Below are positions 22,177-30,091 of a DNA stretch of 30,091 nt, one piece after another. The stretch spans positions 1-30,091 of IMG/VR virus record IMGVR_UViG_3300012664_000223. One strand, given 5' to 3'. The translations under genes and the position numbers were made by a program. The notes beneath the pieces were generated by a model. The model was not told the DNA's origin. It did not search any database and saw nothing but the letters and a program-made list of their open reading frames with translations. Each line of letters opens with the position of its first letter. The first letter of the stretch is position 1. Source of the DNA: a virus. Lineage: Duplodnaviria; Caudoviricetes.

Positions 22177-24276
22177 TTATGCTGGATATCTACCATGAAG
22201 AGAGGACTGATCATAGGTTGCTGTATTAGCTTGGCCGAAGCCTTTAGCTATATCTTTCAAAGGCATTCCTGCTCTGATTGCTTTCGCTACTGAAATAGGA
22301 TTACTTGAATCTAATCCGTTATCTGCAATGAATCTTCCTTTCTCTCTCTTGCGGAAATATACTCTGCGTTCCCAATAGTGTTTACAATTTACTCCACCAT
22401 GATAAAGCCATATCGAGTAAGTACCACCTAAATGGCCCATGTTAGGATTAACGCTATTGCTATCCGTTTCCATTTTAGTTAAATCTTCGTATCGGTAAAC
22501 AAAGCCTGCCTTAGCAGCGCTCACCATTTGTCTACAAAACTTGCGACTGTTTTTACTTAGATTCTTAGAGTAAGAATATCTGATTTTATAAAGTCCACTA
22601 TCCATTTCGGATGGCTTATCAGGATCTGCATAGCTTCTAACTGAGGCAAGATTAACAGGCTCAGCTTCGATTAATTCCCATTCCTCTTCATCTACTATCT
22701 CGCCCTTATCTGCTAAGAATTCACACCACCAATTCTCATCATCTTCTGTAAAGATTGGTTTCTCTTGCGGATCGGCAGATAGCTCAGTTTTATATCTGTT
22801 GTAAATTGCAGTAGCCCAGTCTCTCCCTGCATCTCCACCCCATAACTGCCATGCTACTCGGCCTGCTGTTGGAAAGCCTTCCTCTCCCTGATTCCATCCT
22901 GTAGCTTCCTTATCTACAGCGTGTCTTTCAAAGTAGCTGTACATGCGCGTGATAGTTTCAAAAGATAGGTTACGCTTATTGCTAATGTCGCGAGCGCGAG
23001 CTACTCCTACCTCAGTGCCACCTCTGTTATATTCATCTCGCCATTTTAAACCTAACTCAGCCTCTGCGGCCATCTCGTTAGTGGGCTCAAAAGATTCAGG
23101 AATCTCTAAATTAGTCTTTTTTTTTTCAGCGCTTAGATGAGTTGTTGCAGTTTGCGCAACAGGTGCAGCAGTGATTTCTTCACCGAAAATATCATTAGAC
23201 TCAATGTATAAATCAGCCACAATGCCCATACCTTTAAATATCTCTTCAAGTGAATCAGTTATAATCTTTTGATATGGCTCAATGATGTTACGGTTAAAGA
23301 TGCGATAAGCGCTCTTCATCTCATCAGCGTTACTACCTAATCCACCTGCATCTCTGATACCGAAAAGTAGGGGTGAAGTAACTCTGTGAGCTGCTAAGAT
23401 ATTCTCTCTTGACTGTACACTTAATTCCTGCCACTGCTTATCAGCATCACTCATAGGAACTAAGTCTAAGCGCGGAGCTCTATCAGCTGATTCGTTGAAA
23501 GTGAATACTACTTTACCTGCTTTCTTAGCGCCAACCATTGTTTCCCAGTTCCTACGAATAGCCATTTGCTCTTCGGGATCAGGAATACCGTTATTCATAT
23601 GAAGGAAGTAGCTCGGTGCCATTCCGTTGCTTAAGAAAGCTCTATAAAATTCGCTAATATCGCGAGTGATTTCAATATAGTTAATAGCACTGTAATAATC
23701 AGGCTTAGGGTAGTAAGCGCTGCCAGGTGTCATAACTCCAACGAACAACACTTGCGAAGGCTCTTCAGCTTTCGTTGTTGGGTTATACATTGGAATAAAC
23801 ACAGGAATATTTTTCTTTTTGCGAGTGTCGCTCCAATCTTTCGAGTAATAGATACCCGGTATAATATCTTCATCATTCGCCACAGCTAATCTACAATTCT
23901 CGTATGGCAAGTGATTAATCTTAGCAATGGCGCTTCTATCTACGCTCCAAATTACCTCTAAATAATACCCGCCTTGCATCTTTGCATCTAAAGCTATTGG
24001 CCTGCGAATGGTATTTAATTTAAGTCTATCAATCTCACGCTGAGCAGCAGGATTATTACTCTTAATTTCCTTTCCTGCAATCATAAAAGATATGCTCATA
24101 GTAAGAGCAGAGTGCACAGGAGAGGCGTAGTACAGATCAATGAGATAATTGCTAAACAAGTTAGCCTCGCCAAGCGTTACCCACCCTTTAGGAGTCTCTT
24201 TCTCGGTAGCTTCCTGAGGCATTGCTGCGCCAAGATTCACTAACATTGGTGCTGAGGTCTGTGCTATATTATCCAT
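22177..24276 (-). CDS. Portal protein with ~310-aa C-terminal extension
   Basis: N-x-F-x-NYLIDLY-x2-SPVH, YYPKPDY, NGMAPS and I-x2-AHRVTSPLLFGI motifs; the extension carries GRVAWQLWGG and GGVNCKH domains. Confidence 0.88.
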   Translation of the reverse strand: MDNIAQTSAPMLVNLGAAMPQEATEKETPKGWVTLGEANLFSNYLIDLYYASPVHSALTMSISFMIAGKEIKSNNPAAQREIDRLKLNTIRRPIALDAKMQGGYYLEVIWSVDRSAIAKINHLPYENCRLAVANDEDIIPGIYYSKDWSDTRKKKNIPVFIPMYNPTTKAEEPSQVLFVGVMTPGSAYYPKPDYYSAINYIEITRDISEFYRAFLSNGMAPSYFLHMNNGIPDPEEQMAIRRNWETMVGAKKAGKVVFTFNESADRAPRLDLVPMSDADKQWQELSVQSRENILAAHRVTSPLLFGIRDAGGLGSNADEMKSAYRIFNRNIIEPYQKIITDSLEEIFKGMGIVADLYIESNDIFGEEITAAPVAQTATTHLSAEKKKTNLEIPESFEPTNEMAAEAELGLKWRDEYNRGGTEVGVARARDISNKRNLSFETITRMYSYFERHAVDKEATGWNQGEEGFPTAGRVAWQLWGGDAGRDWATAIYNRYKTELSADPQEKPIFTEDDENWWCEFLADKGEIVDEEEWELIEAEPVNLASVRSYADPDKPSEMDSGLYKIRYSYSKNLSKNSRKFCRQMVSAAKAGFVYRYEDLTKMETDSNSVNPNMGHLGGTYSIWLYHGGVNCKHYWERRVYFRKREKGRFIADNGLDSSNPISVAKAIRAGMPLKDIAKGFGQANTATYDQSSLHGRYPA
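23111..23126 (-). other. Slippery A10G (A AAA AAG) with -1 frame GAC TAA
   Basis: GAA AAA AAA AAG ACT AAT in frame 0; the -1 frame gives AAA GAC TAA. Confidence 0.6.
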
Positions 24277-24679
24277 TGTAAGTAATATCGTTATCTATTG
24301 TTAAATTCGGCTCAGTAAAACGTGGAGTAGTAATATCTTCTACTATCAAATAACCTTTCTCAATTACTCCCTCTACAGCCGCGTTGGTAGGATCTAAATT
24401 AGTGCTGCTATTTTGCCCATAAACAATATAACTAAACCTAGCAGGGTAGTTAATTAGTAGGCTTGCAGCTGTTGGTGTGTTGGCGTTTGTGCCGATTTGA
24501 ATGGTAGTATATCTATCATTCTCTGCTATCTTAGTAGGAATAGCATAAAGCTTTTGAAGTGTCTGCTCATTAGTTAATTCGAGCAGATAATGAGTGTATG
24601 TATTAGCAAGCAAAAGCTCCCCTTCCTTTAAACTAAGGTAGAGGAGCTGTGCTGCTGTATTTTTGAGTAAATAAATCAT
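24269..24679 (-). CDS. Virion structural protein (head-closure-like)
   Basis: 136-aa beta-rich ORF between tail tube and portal; call is from synteny. Confidence 0.5.
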   Translation of the reverse strand: MIYLLKNTAAQLLYLSLKEGELLLANTYTHYLLELTNEQTLQKLYAIPTKIAENDRYTTIQIGTNANTPTAASLLINYPARFSYIVYGQNSSTNLDPTNAAVEGVIEKGYLIVEDITTPRFTEPNLTIDNDITYNG

Positions 24680-24703
24680 GCCTTAAATATAGCACAATTT
24701 AGT

Positions 24704-25246
24704 TTACAATGTACCTGCTACTACAGTAACTGTAGGGTAATCTCCAAATACATCTAAAGGACTGTCAACAGTGCAAAAATATGCTTTGTCTTTTTCCTCT
24801 CCTGTAAATGTAACGGTAAATCCTGACATATCTCCTTTAGCTGTGCCGGTAGCTGTAGTGAATGCAGTAATTTGCACTCCATCTTTATAGCCACACATCC
24901 ACAAATTATCGTTATTATCCAATACCCAAAGTACATTGCGACCTTTAGCAATGTTTTGAAGTTGTAGTGCACGCTCCGCTGTCATGCCATGAAACATAGC
25001 CACAACAGTTTGTGTGTAGAATACAGTACCATTTTCAACGCTAATAGCAGCCTCTTCTGTAAATGATCCTGTATGCTTAGGTAATGCAAATTCGTAAACG
25101 CTACCAGTCTCTAAAGCCGTAACTTCGTTATCGGTAAGAGTAGCTGAGTTAGCAAATGTATCATAGGCACCAAGGTAGATTGCTTTAATCCCCCCGATCG
25201 CCTCGCGGCACTGTATACCAAATCCGCTTGTAGTTAGACAGCTCAT
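24704..25246 (-). CDS. Major tail tube protein
   Basis: C-x10-C-x4-GGIK-x2-Y, ENGTVFYTQ and TGTAKGDMSGFTVTF motifs; directly after the capsid gene. Confidence 0.75.
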   Translation of the reverse strand: MSCLTTSGFGIQCREAIGGIKAIYLGAYDTFANSATLTDNEVTALETGSVYEFALPKHTGSFTEEAAISVENGTVFYTQTVVAMFHGMTAERALQLQNIAKGRNVLWVLDNNDNLWMCGYKDGVQITAFTTATGTAKGDMSGFTVTFTGEEKDKAYFCTVDSPLDVFGDYPTVTVVAGTL

Positions 25247-25283
25247 ATCTTTTTTATTATTTAATTAGTTAAATATTCTTTGC

Positions 25284-25317
25284 AAAGAATGGGCAGCTAT
25301 TAGCTAACCCACTCTTT
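25284..25317 (-). terminator. Hairpin after the major capsid gene (terminator or stabiliser)
   Basis: AAAGAGTGGGT-TAGCT-AAT-AGCTG-CCCATTCTTT; weak U tract. Confidence 0.55.
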
Positions 25318-25334
25318 TAACAAAGGAGTATTAA

Positions 25335-26264
25335 TTAGGGATTCATGAATCCTAAGATAGCCTCAGCAGGCACTGCTACTTGTGTGCCAGCGCGGAACTT
25401 CATAACCATTCTCACGTTATCTGATCCATCAGTTACGCTCATATCTACTACCTTAACTTCGTTGAAATCAGATACAGTGTCAGTACCGAAGAACAAGTTT
25501 TCAGGCTTAGCGAAAAGAGCCACGTTATCAGGAATACCTGGGCATACATAGATTTCGTATCCGTCAAACATCAATGGGTAGTTAGAAGCAGCGTTGAACT
25601 GTTGTAAGTAACCCAAAGCTGATAAAGCTTGGCGGTAAAGTTGAGCAGTCTTTCTGTTTACATAAAGCTTAACAGAAGCGTCTCCGATCAATGTTGCAGG
25701 AAGTGCAGCCATCAAAGTCTCTAAAGACGCGATAACGTTAGATGAAGTGAATGCGTTAGCGAAGTCTACATCAGGAGTACCACTCTTAGCAGTATCTAAC
25801 ACTTTCAAAATTCCGTTGAAAGAAGTGTAAGAAGAGCTCTCAAAGTTACCTTGCCACAAAGTGTATTCGATGTTCTCAGCTACTTTACCTGAAAGGTGAG
25901 CAATCAAGAAATCAGCGAAGTTAGCAGGGATAGTATCGTTAGCAAACCCACGTCCTGTTTGAGCCGCTTCCCAATCTTTTGCAAATTGGTCCTTACAAAC
26001 TTGCACATTTACCTTAAGGTCAGTAACGGTAAGAACGCGCTCAGCCAAAGTCAATGCAGAGTCAGCGTTATCAAAATCGCAACCCCACGCTTTAACGATG
26101 TCAGTAGAAGCAAGAGTCTTAAGTACCATTTTGTACTTTACGTTCTCTTTAACTGTGATGTAGTTGTTAGCAATAGTGTCTCCTGACAATACTGCTGCGC
26201 TGATATACGGCAGAGCTAACTCGCCAGCATATGAGCTTGAAGAAATGGTTAAATTAGATGCCAT
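25335..26264 (-). CDS. Major capsid protein
   Basis: 309 aa after protease and scaffold; SYAGE-x-A-x-PYI, WQG-x8-FNG and NLFFGT motifs; strongly A-rich leader. Confidence 0.85.
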   Translation of the reverse strand: MASNLTISSSSYAGELALPYISAAVLSGDTIANNYITVKENVKYKMVLKTLASTDIVKAWGCDFDNADSALTLAERVLTVTDLKVNVQVCKDQFAKDWEAAQTGRGFANDTIPANFADFLIAHLSGKVAENIEYTLWQGNFESSSYTSFNGILKVLDTAKSGTPDVDFANAFTSSNVIASLETLMAALPATLIGDASVKLYVNRKTAQLYRQALSALGYLQQFNAASNYPLMFDGYEIYVCPGIPDNVALFAKPENLFFGTDTVSDFNEVKVVDMSVTDGSDNVRMVMKFRAGTQVAVPAEAILGFMNP

Positions 26265-26291
26265 TTTTTTTGTTTGTTTTTATGTTTGTTT

Positions 26292-26867
26292 TTATTTGAG
26301 TTTAGTGATCATAGCGTAGGCTCTTTGTTGAGCAGTCATGCGAGACATATCTACGTGTTGTGTTGGTGCTGTTTGGCGAGCTTGCTTAACAGTTACTGCT
26401 GCAGGTGCTTGTGAAAGCTCTACAATTTTCTTTTCAGCAGCGCTAAGCTTAGCCTCGAATTCAGCAATTACGTTTTTAAGTAAGCCTTCTACTTGCTCTT
26501 TAGAGTAAGTCTCAGCTACTTCTTGCTCTACCGTTACCTCTACTTCAGCAGTAGGCTCTTCAGTAATAGCTTCAGCAATAGATGCAATTTTACCTTCAGT
26601 AACTACGATAACTTTACCGTTGTCCAAAGTGTATTCGCCATCTGCTAAAGGTGAAGGATTGCCGTCTTTATCCATTACGAATATCTCTACTCCCTCTGCC
26701 CATTCAGCAGCAGGTGAATAGATCATAGTACCATCAGCCAAAGCACCCTCAGCCATCATCTTCACCTCAAAGGTTTCAACGGCAGGAGTCTCTTCTACTG
26801 ATAATTTTACCCCATGCTTCGAAAGCGCTGGAGCAAACTTTTCTAAAATTTCAGAAATCATGTTCAT
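26292..26867 (-). CDS. Capsid scaffolding protein
   Basis: Acidic, with PLADGEY-x-L-x2-G motif and a C-terminal coiled coil; between protease and capsid. Confidence 0.7.
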   Translation of the reverse strand: MNMISEILEKFAPALSKHGVKLSVEETPAVETFEVKMMAEGALADGTMIYSPAAEWAEGVEIFVMDKDGNPSPLADGEYTLDNGKVIVVTEGKIASIAEAITEEPTAEVEVTVEQEVAETYSKEQVEGLLKNVIAEFEAKLSAAEKKIVELSQAPAAVTVKQARQTAPTQHVDMSRMTAQQRAYAMITKLK

Positions 26868-26881
26868 AGTTGTATAATTAT

Positions 26882-26890
26882 TAGTGGAAA
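26882..26890 (-). promoter_or_regulatory. TTTCCACTA motif upstream of scaffold/capsid
   Basis: Intergenic, 14 nt before the ATG at 26867. Confidence 0.55.
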
Positions 26891-26893
26891 AAA

Positions 26894-27490
26894 TTAAGAA
26901 TTCATTTCAAGCGCTGCGCTCAATTCAGCTAATAGCTTCTCTAAGTCTTTCTCAGATACATTCTCTTCGCTCATTGGAGTAAACCACCCCTCTATTGAGA
27001 AGCCTTTAACCTCACCGTTCTTAACAGCCTGCCATGTGTTATCATCATCTACCTTAACCCCTATCATCCAAGTTCCATCCGGTACCTCAAAGCCGTAGTT
27101 CATACCTTTGTCATGAGCTCCCATAGTAATCCATGACTCAACAACAGTTAAGTTGTTGACAGGCATCTGATGCTGTATGGTGTGATTGTGGTGTAAGTTG
27201 CGTTTTAAGAATTCTTGCGCAGTTTGCTCAACAGTTTCTTTAGAGTAAGTGATAAAGTATTTCTCACCATTGCCATCGTAACGCACTATAGGCTGATTAG
27301 GAATCAATGCAGGGCCATACAGCATGCGCTTCTCTCCATCTTCCACGCGAGCAAGCATTAAATTCTGCTTACTAAGCGCCACGAAGTCTACCATTATGGC
27401 AGGTTCAGAGACTAAACTTACGGCATACACCCCCATGTTAGAATCATCTTCTCCTAATCCGTATTCAATTAACTTCAATTTATCATTCAT
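26894..27490 (-). CDS. Prohead maturation protease (XkdF-like)
   Basis: AVSLVSEPAI, GPALIPN, VVESW, GTWM and VKGFSIEG motifs; likely start MNDKLK at 27490. Confidence 0.85.
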   Translation of the reverse strand: MNDKLKLIEYGLGEDDSNMGVYAVSLVSEPAIMVDFVALSKQNLMLARVEDGEKRMLYGPALIPNQPIVRYDGNGEKYFITYSKETVEQTAQEFLKRNLHHNHTIQHQMPVNNLTVVESWITMGAHDKGMNYGFEVPDGTWMIGVKVDDDNTWQAVKNGEVKGFSIEGWFTPMSEENVSEKDLEKLLAELSAALEMNS

Positions 27491-27641
27491 TATCGTATGT
27501 TTCAGATATTTCAAAAAGTATAGCGTTAATCACTTCATCTATTATGAGCTCGGTATCCTCAAGCTCAGTCTTATCAATTTCAGATAGTGCATTTCGAACT
27601 CCTCTCTCTACGCACTTTTTTAATAGTGGAAAGTTTGCCAT
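27483..27641 (-). CDS. Small acidic hypothetical protein (52 aa)
   Basis: MANFPLLKKCVERGVRNALSEIDKTELEDTELIIDEVINAILFEISETYDNE; fills the gap between tape measure and protease. Confidence 0.65.
   Translation of the reverse strand: MANFPLLKKCVERGVRNALSEIDKTELEDTELIIDEVINAILFEISETYDNE
27624..27632 (-). promoter_or_regulatory. TTTCCACTA motif upstream of the head module
   Basis: Fourth copy, just past the tape measure stop (inside the first codons of the 52-aa ORF). Confidence 0.4.
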
Positions 27642-27646
27642 ATTTG

Positions 27647-29602
27647 TTATAGGTAAGATTGATCAATAATCTTTTGACGTGCTTCTAATGCGTTGGCTAC
27701 GTTGCCTGCAAGTACATAAGTTTCAACAATACCTGGGCCATTAGGATTAAACTGCCCACCGCTGAAATCAATAGCCGGAGCATTGCCCATTGCTGATGGC
27801 GCATTTAGGTTACCCCCATTAGGTGAAGGCACACTGCCGTTGAATTGAGTTTGATTAATCTTAACAATGTTAGCCACCCCTGCTGCTGCTAATGCTGCTG
27901 CCTTAACAAAGTTCATCCCTGTTAACTGATCTTGTGGAACGGCTAACTGTTGTACAATACCTGAAGCCATAGCTATAGTAGCCTGCGCTTTCTGAATCAT
28001 CTTGTTACGTTCAAACACTTTGCGCTGGCTTGCCTCATCTCCTTTAGCCGATGCCTCGTTAAGTGAACTTAATGTATCTAATGCAAGTGAAGCCATTTCG
28101 AAGTTAGACTGAATGTTAGCCATTCGCATCTCTTGCTTTTTCTTGTTTTTTTCGTCTTCTATTTTAAGTTCTTCATCAGCATATTTCTTAACTATTTCAG
28201 CCTCGGCTTTAGCCTGCGCTTCTTTAAGTGATGTAGAATCTTCTCCATAAAATTCAGCAAGTGTGATTAACTCAAAATATTTATTTCTTACTTCATTTAT
28301 TTCTTTTTGTTGAGCGCTTAATGATGCCTGATAAATCTCTTCCGCTATTCTTTCTTCATCATTTAATCTATCTTCACGTGCAGTTTTTTGATATGCTGCA
28401 AGTTCAGCCTCCATTGCTAATCTTTCCTCTTCCCATTTAGCTAAGATGGCAGTTATCTCTTCTTGTGATTTGTTATATTCCTCCAATTCTTTAGCTGCTA
28501 AATCAGCTTTATCCTTAGCAGCATCACTATCTATCTTCTCAATAGAATATTTAAATCCTTTATAATCATTTTCCATCTGCGCGATTTGAAAGCGCTGTGC
28601 TTCGAATGATTCCTTGAGTTGTTTTTCCTGATCCGCAGGACTAACCACTAATTCTGCTGCTAAGTCTACTAATCCTTCAGCAAGATTAGAACTCTGACCT
28701 ACAAATGCTGCAATCTTATCAATAGAAGCCAATAACAAATAAAGAGGAGCGTTAATCCATCGAATAATTCCTTCTAATATTTCCCTATTTCTAACGCTTG
28801 CATCTATCTGCGCTTGAGCTGTCTGTTCTTGTGTAGCTAAACTAATTTTTGCCTCTTCAATAGATGCTTCAAGTTTTTTCATTTTATACTGCAATATCTC
28901 CTTTTCGCTCTTGCCTTGCAGTCTTAATTCATTCTCTTGCAGTACTGCCATATCGTAACTCTTCTTAGCAGCTTCAGCATTTAATTGAGCATTCTTGGTA
29001 ACAGCGCGCTGGTAGTTATCTATGCCACTTAAAGCATTTTCAAGGTCAGGAAATAACTTAACTATCTTATCAAAATTCATAGCTATGGCAGCCACTACTG
29101 CTGCTATTGCTAAATAAGGATTAGCCATTATAGCTTTGCCTATTGCCTTGAATGCATTAACTCCAGCATCTGCCATAGACTTAAATCCTTTACCTAAATC
29201 TTCAGGCTTTAATCTCGCTAAGTTTCCACTTATAAGATTCATAGACTGACTAACTCCCTCAAAGTCTAAGTTCAGTAACTGCTCACCTAATAAGCCAAAT
29301 GAAGCACGCGCCCCCTCAATAGCAGGTCCTGTATTACCTCTTACTGCATCGGCAGCATCATTCATTCTATCTTTAAGCTCACCCATCTTAATGGATAGCT
29401 CATTGAATTTTTCAGTACCTGGATCGTACTTATCCTGCTCTTTTCTTAACTCTGCATATTGCTGCTTTAAGCCTTTAGTAGACTCTTCTACTTTAGTGGT
29501 AGAATCATCTACTTTTTTAAGCTCTTTATTAATCTCTTCTAATCCTACAAAAGTTCCATCATCATTGAAGAGGAGCTTTAATATCATTTCTTGTGTTGCC
29601 AT
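27647..29602 (-). CDS. Tail tape measure protein
   Basis: 651 aa, Ala/Glu/Lys-rich coiled coil with hydrophobic segments (ANPYLAIAAVVAAIA) and C-terminal YVLAGNV motif. Confidence 0.8.
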   Translation of the reverse strand: MATQEMILKLLFNDDGTFVGLEEINKELKKVDDSTTKVEESTKGLKQQYAELRKEQDKYDPGTEKFNELSIKMGELKDRMNDAADAVRGNTGPAIEGARASFGLLGEQLLNLDFEGVSQSMNLISGNLARLKPEDLGKGFKSMADAGVNAFKAIGKAIMANPYLAIAAVVAAIAMNFDKIVKLFPDLENALSGIDNYQRAVTKNAQLNAEAAKKSYDMAVLQENELRLQGKSEKEILQYKMKKLEASIEEAKISLATQEQTAQAQIDASVRNREILEGIIRWINAPLYLLLASIDKIAAFVGQSSNLAEGLVDLAAELVVSPADQEKQLKESFEAQRFQIAQMENDYKGFKYSIEKIDSDAAKDKADLAAKELEEYNKSQEEITAILAKWEEERLAMEAELAAYQKTAREDRLNDEERIAEEIYQASLSAQQKEINEVRNKYFELITLAEFYGEDSTSLKEAQAKAEAEIVKKYADEELKIEDEKNKKKQEMRMANIQSNFEMASLALDTLSSLNEASAKGDEASQRKVFERNKMIQKAQATIAMASGIVQQLAVPQDQLTGMNFVKAAALAAAGVANIVKINQTQFNGSVPSPNGGNLNAPSAMGNAPAIDFSGGQFNPNGPGIVETYVLAGNVANALEARQKIIDQSYL

Positions 29603-29799
29603 TATAGTGCGCTATAAATTGTTAATCCGATTAAGCTTACCCCTGTTATTAAGATAGTGTAATTAATAGCTCTTATTTGCCACACCTTTAGCCTCGCGTG
29701 ATGGATGCCACTTGCGTGCTGAAAAGTCTTAGTCTTACCTTGCGCTCCTGATCGCAATAAAGTCATACTAAGTATGATGTTTTCGTGAGGATTTGTCAT
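29602..29799 (-). CDS. Small protein with C-terminal TM
   Basis: 65 aa; overlaps the stop/start of both neighbours. Confidence 0.65.
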   Translation of the reverse strand: MTNPHENIILSMTLLRSGAQGKTKTFQHASGIHHARLKVWQIRAINYTILITGVSLIGLTIYSAL

Positions 29800-30091
29800 A
29801 TTATAGGTGTACGTTGAAACTTAGATTGTGTGTATTGAAACGTTGCGCTGATTACTGCTGTTTTACCTACGTGCTTGCACTCTAAATACGGTGCTATCTT
29901 ATTGCTTACTATTGGTAAATGCAGCACAAATGTGTTAGATGAAAAGCCGCTTGTAAATTCATGTATTTTATGAGGTGTAGCGCTGTAGTGTGTTACCTTA
30001 TCGCGCCAAACCATGCAGCTATATTCAACAGATGCAACCTTGCCTGTGAAATCAGAAACACCGTAATCATATTCCATGACTGAGATGTAAA
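29796..30091 (-). CDS. C-terminal part of the large tail protein starting at 2831
   Basis: In frame with 1-2831 across the terminal overlap; not an independent 93-aa gene. Confidence 0.85.
   Translation of the reverse strand, partial: YISVMEYDYGVSDFTGKVASVEYSCMVWRDKVTHYSATPHKIHEFTSGFSSNTFVLHLPIVSNKIAPYLECKHVGKTAVISATFQYTQSKFQRTPII
30037..30091. repeat. 55-bp terminal direct repeat (copy 2)
   Basis: Identical to 1-55. Confidence 0.97.

Noticed and set aside
24754-24972. 72-aa minus-strand ORF nested in the tail tube gene
   Set aside because: Alternate-frame ORF with no leader, slippery site or recognisable motif
180-27587. All plus-strand ORFs in the track (e.g. 180-377, 4265-4462, 9957-10262, 11666-11890, 25896-26186, 27324-27587, also 29391-29657)
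   Set aside because: Antisense shadows of well-supported minus-strand genes, with no motifs or leaders
29796-30077. Independent 93-aa gene
   Set aside because: It is the in-frame C-terminus of the gene starting at 2831
1-30091. Stop-codon reassignment, integrase/lysogeny module, DNA polymerase
   Set aside because: Genes tile densely under the standard code with all three stops in use; no recombinase or polymerase motifs were recognised

Overview
The window is an apparently complete, circularly assembled ~30,036-bp tailed phage genome with a siphovirus-type gene set. Bases 1-55 equal 30037-30091 (assembly overlap). A ~1023-aa tail gene missing from the ORF track crosses that junction in frame (2831->1, then 30036->29796). 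TAnnTTTG promoters, A-rich leaders and protein motifs point to a Bacteroidota host (inference). All credible CDSs are on the minus strand. In transcription order: early/replication genes (19823-14233); metallophosphoesterase and TerL; VRR-NUC and an ECF-type sigma factor; a control region; TerS; frameshifting tail chaperone; tail genes; tape measure; protease, scaffold, capsid, tail tube, portal and adaptor; lysis cassette. I recognised no integrase, polymerase, helicase, primase, tRNA or CRISPR array. The most unusual signals are: (1) a perfect 25-bp homopurine mirror repeat (H-DNA type) at 9378-9431, between a short terminated RNA and an AT-rich tract, a candidate origin module; (2) a lone plus-strand ~75-nt sRNA (11355-11431) complementary to the start-codon regions of several early genes; (3) a back-to-back array of about 9 different dyad sites (11431-11636); (4) a dnaX-like A AAA AAG site with an immediate -1 stop, predicting short and long portal isoforms. 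Functional calls come from recalled motifs, not database searches.
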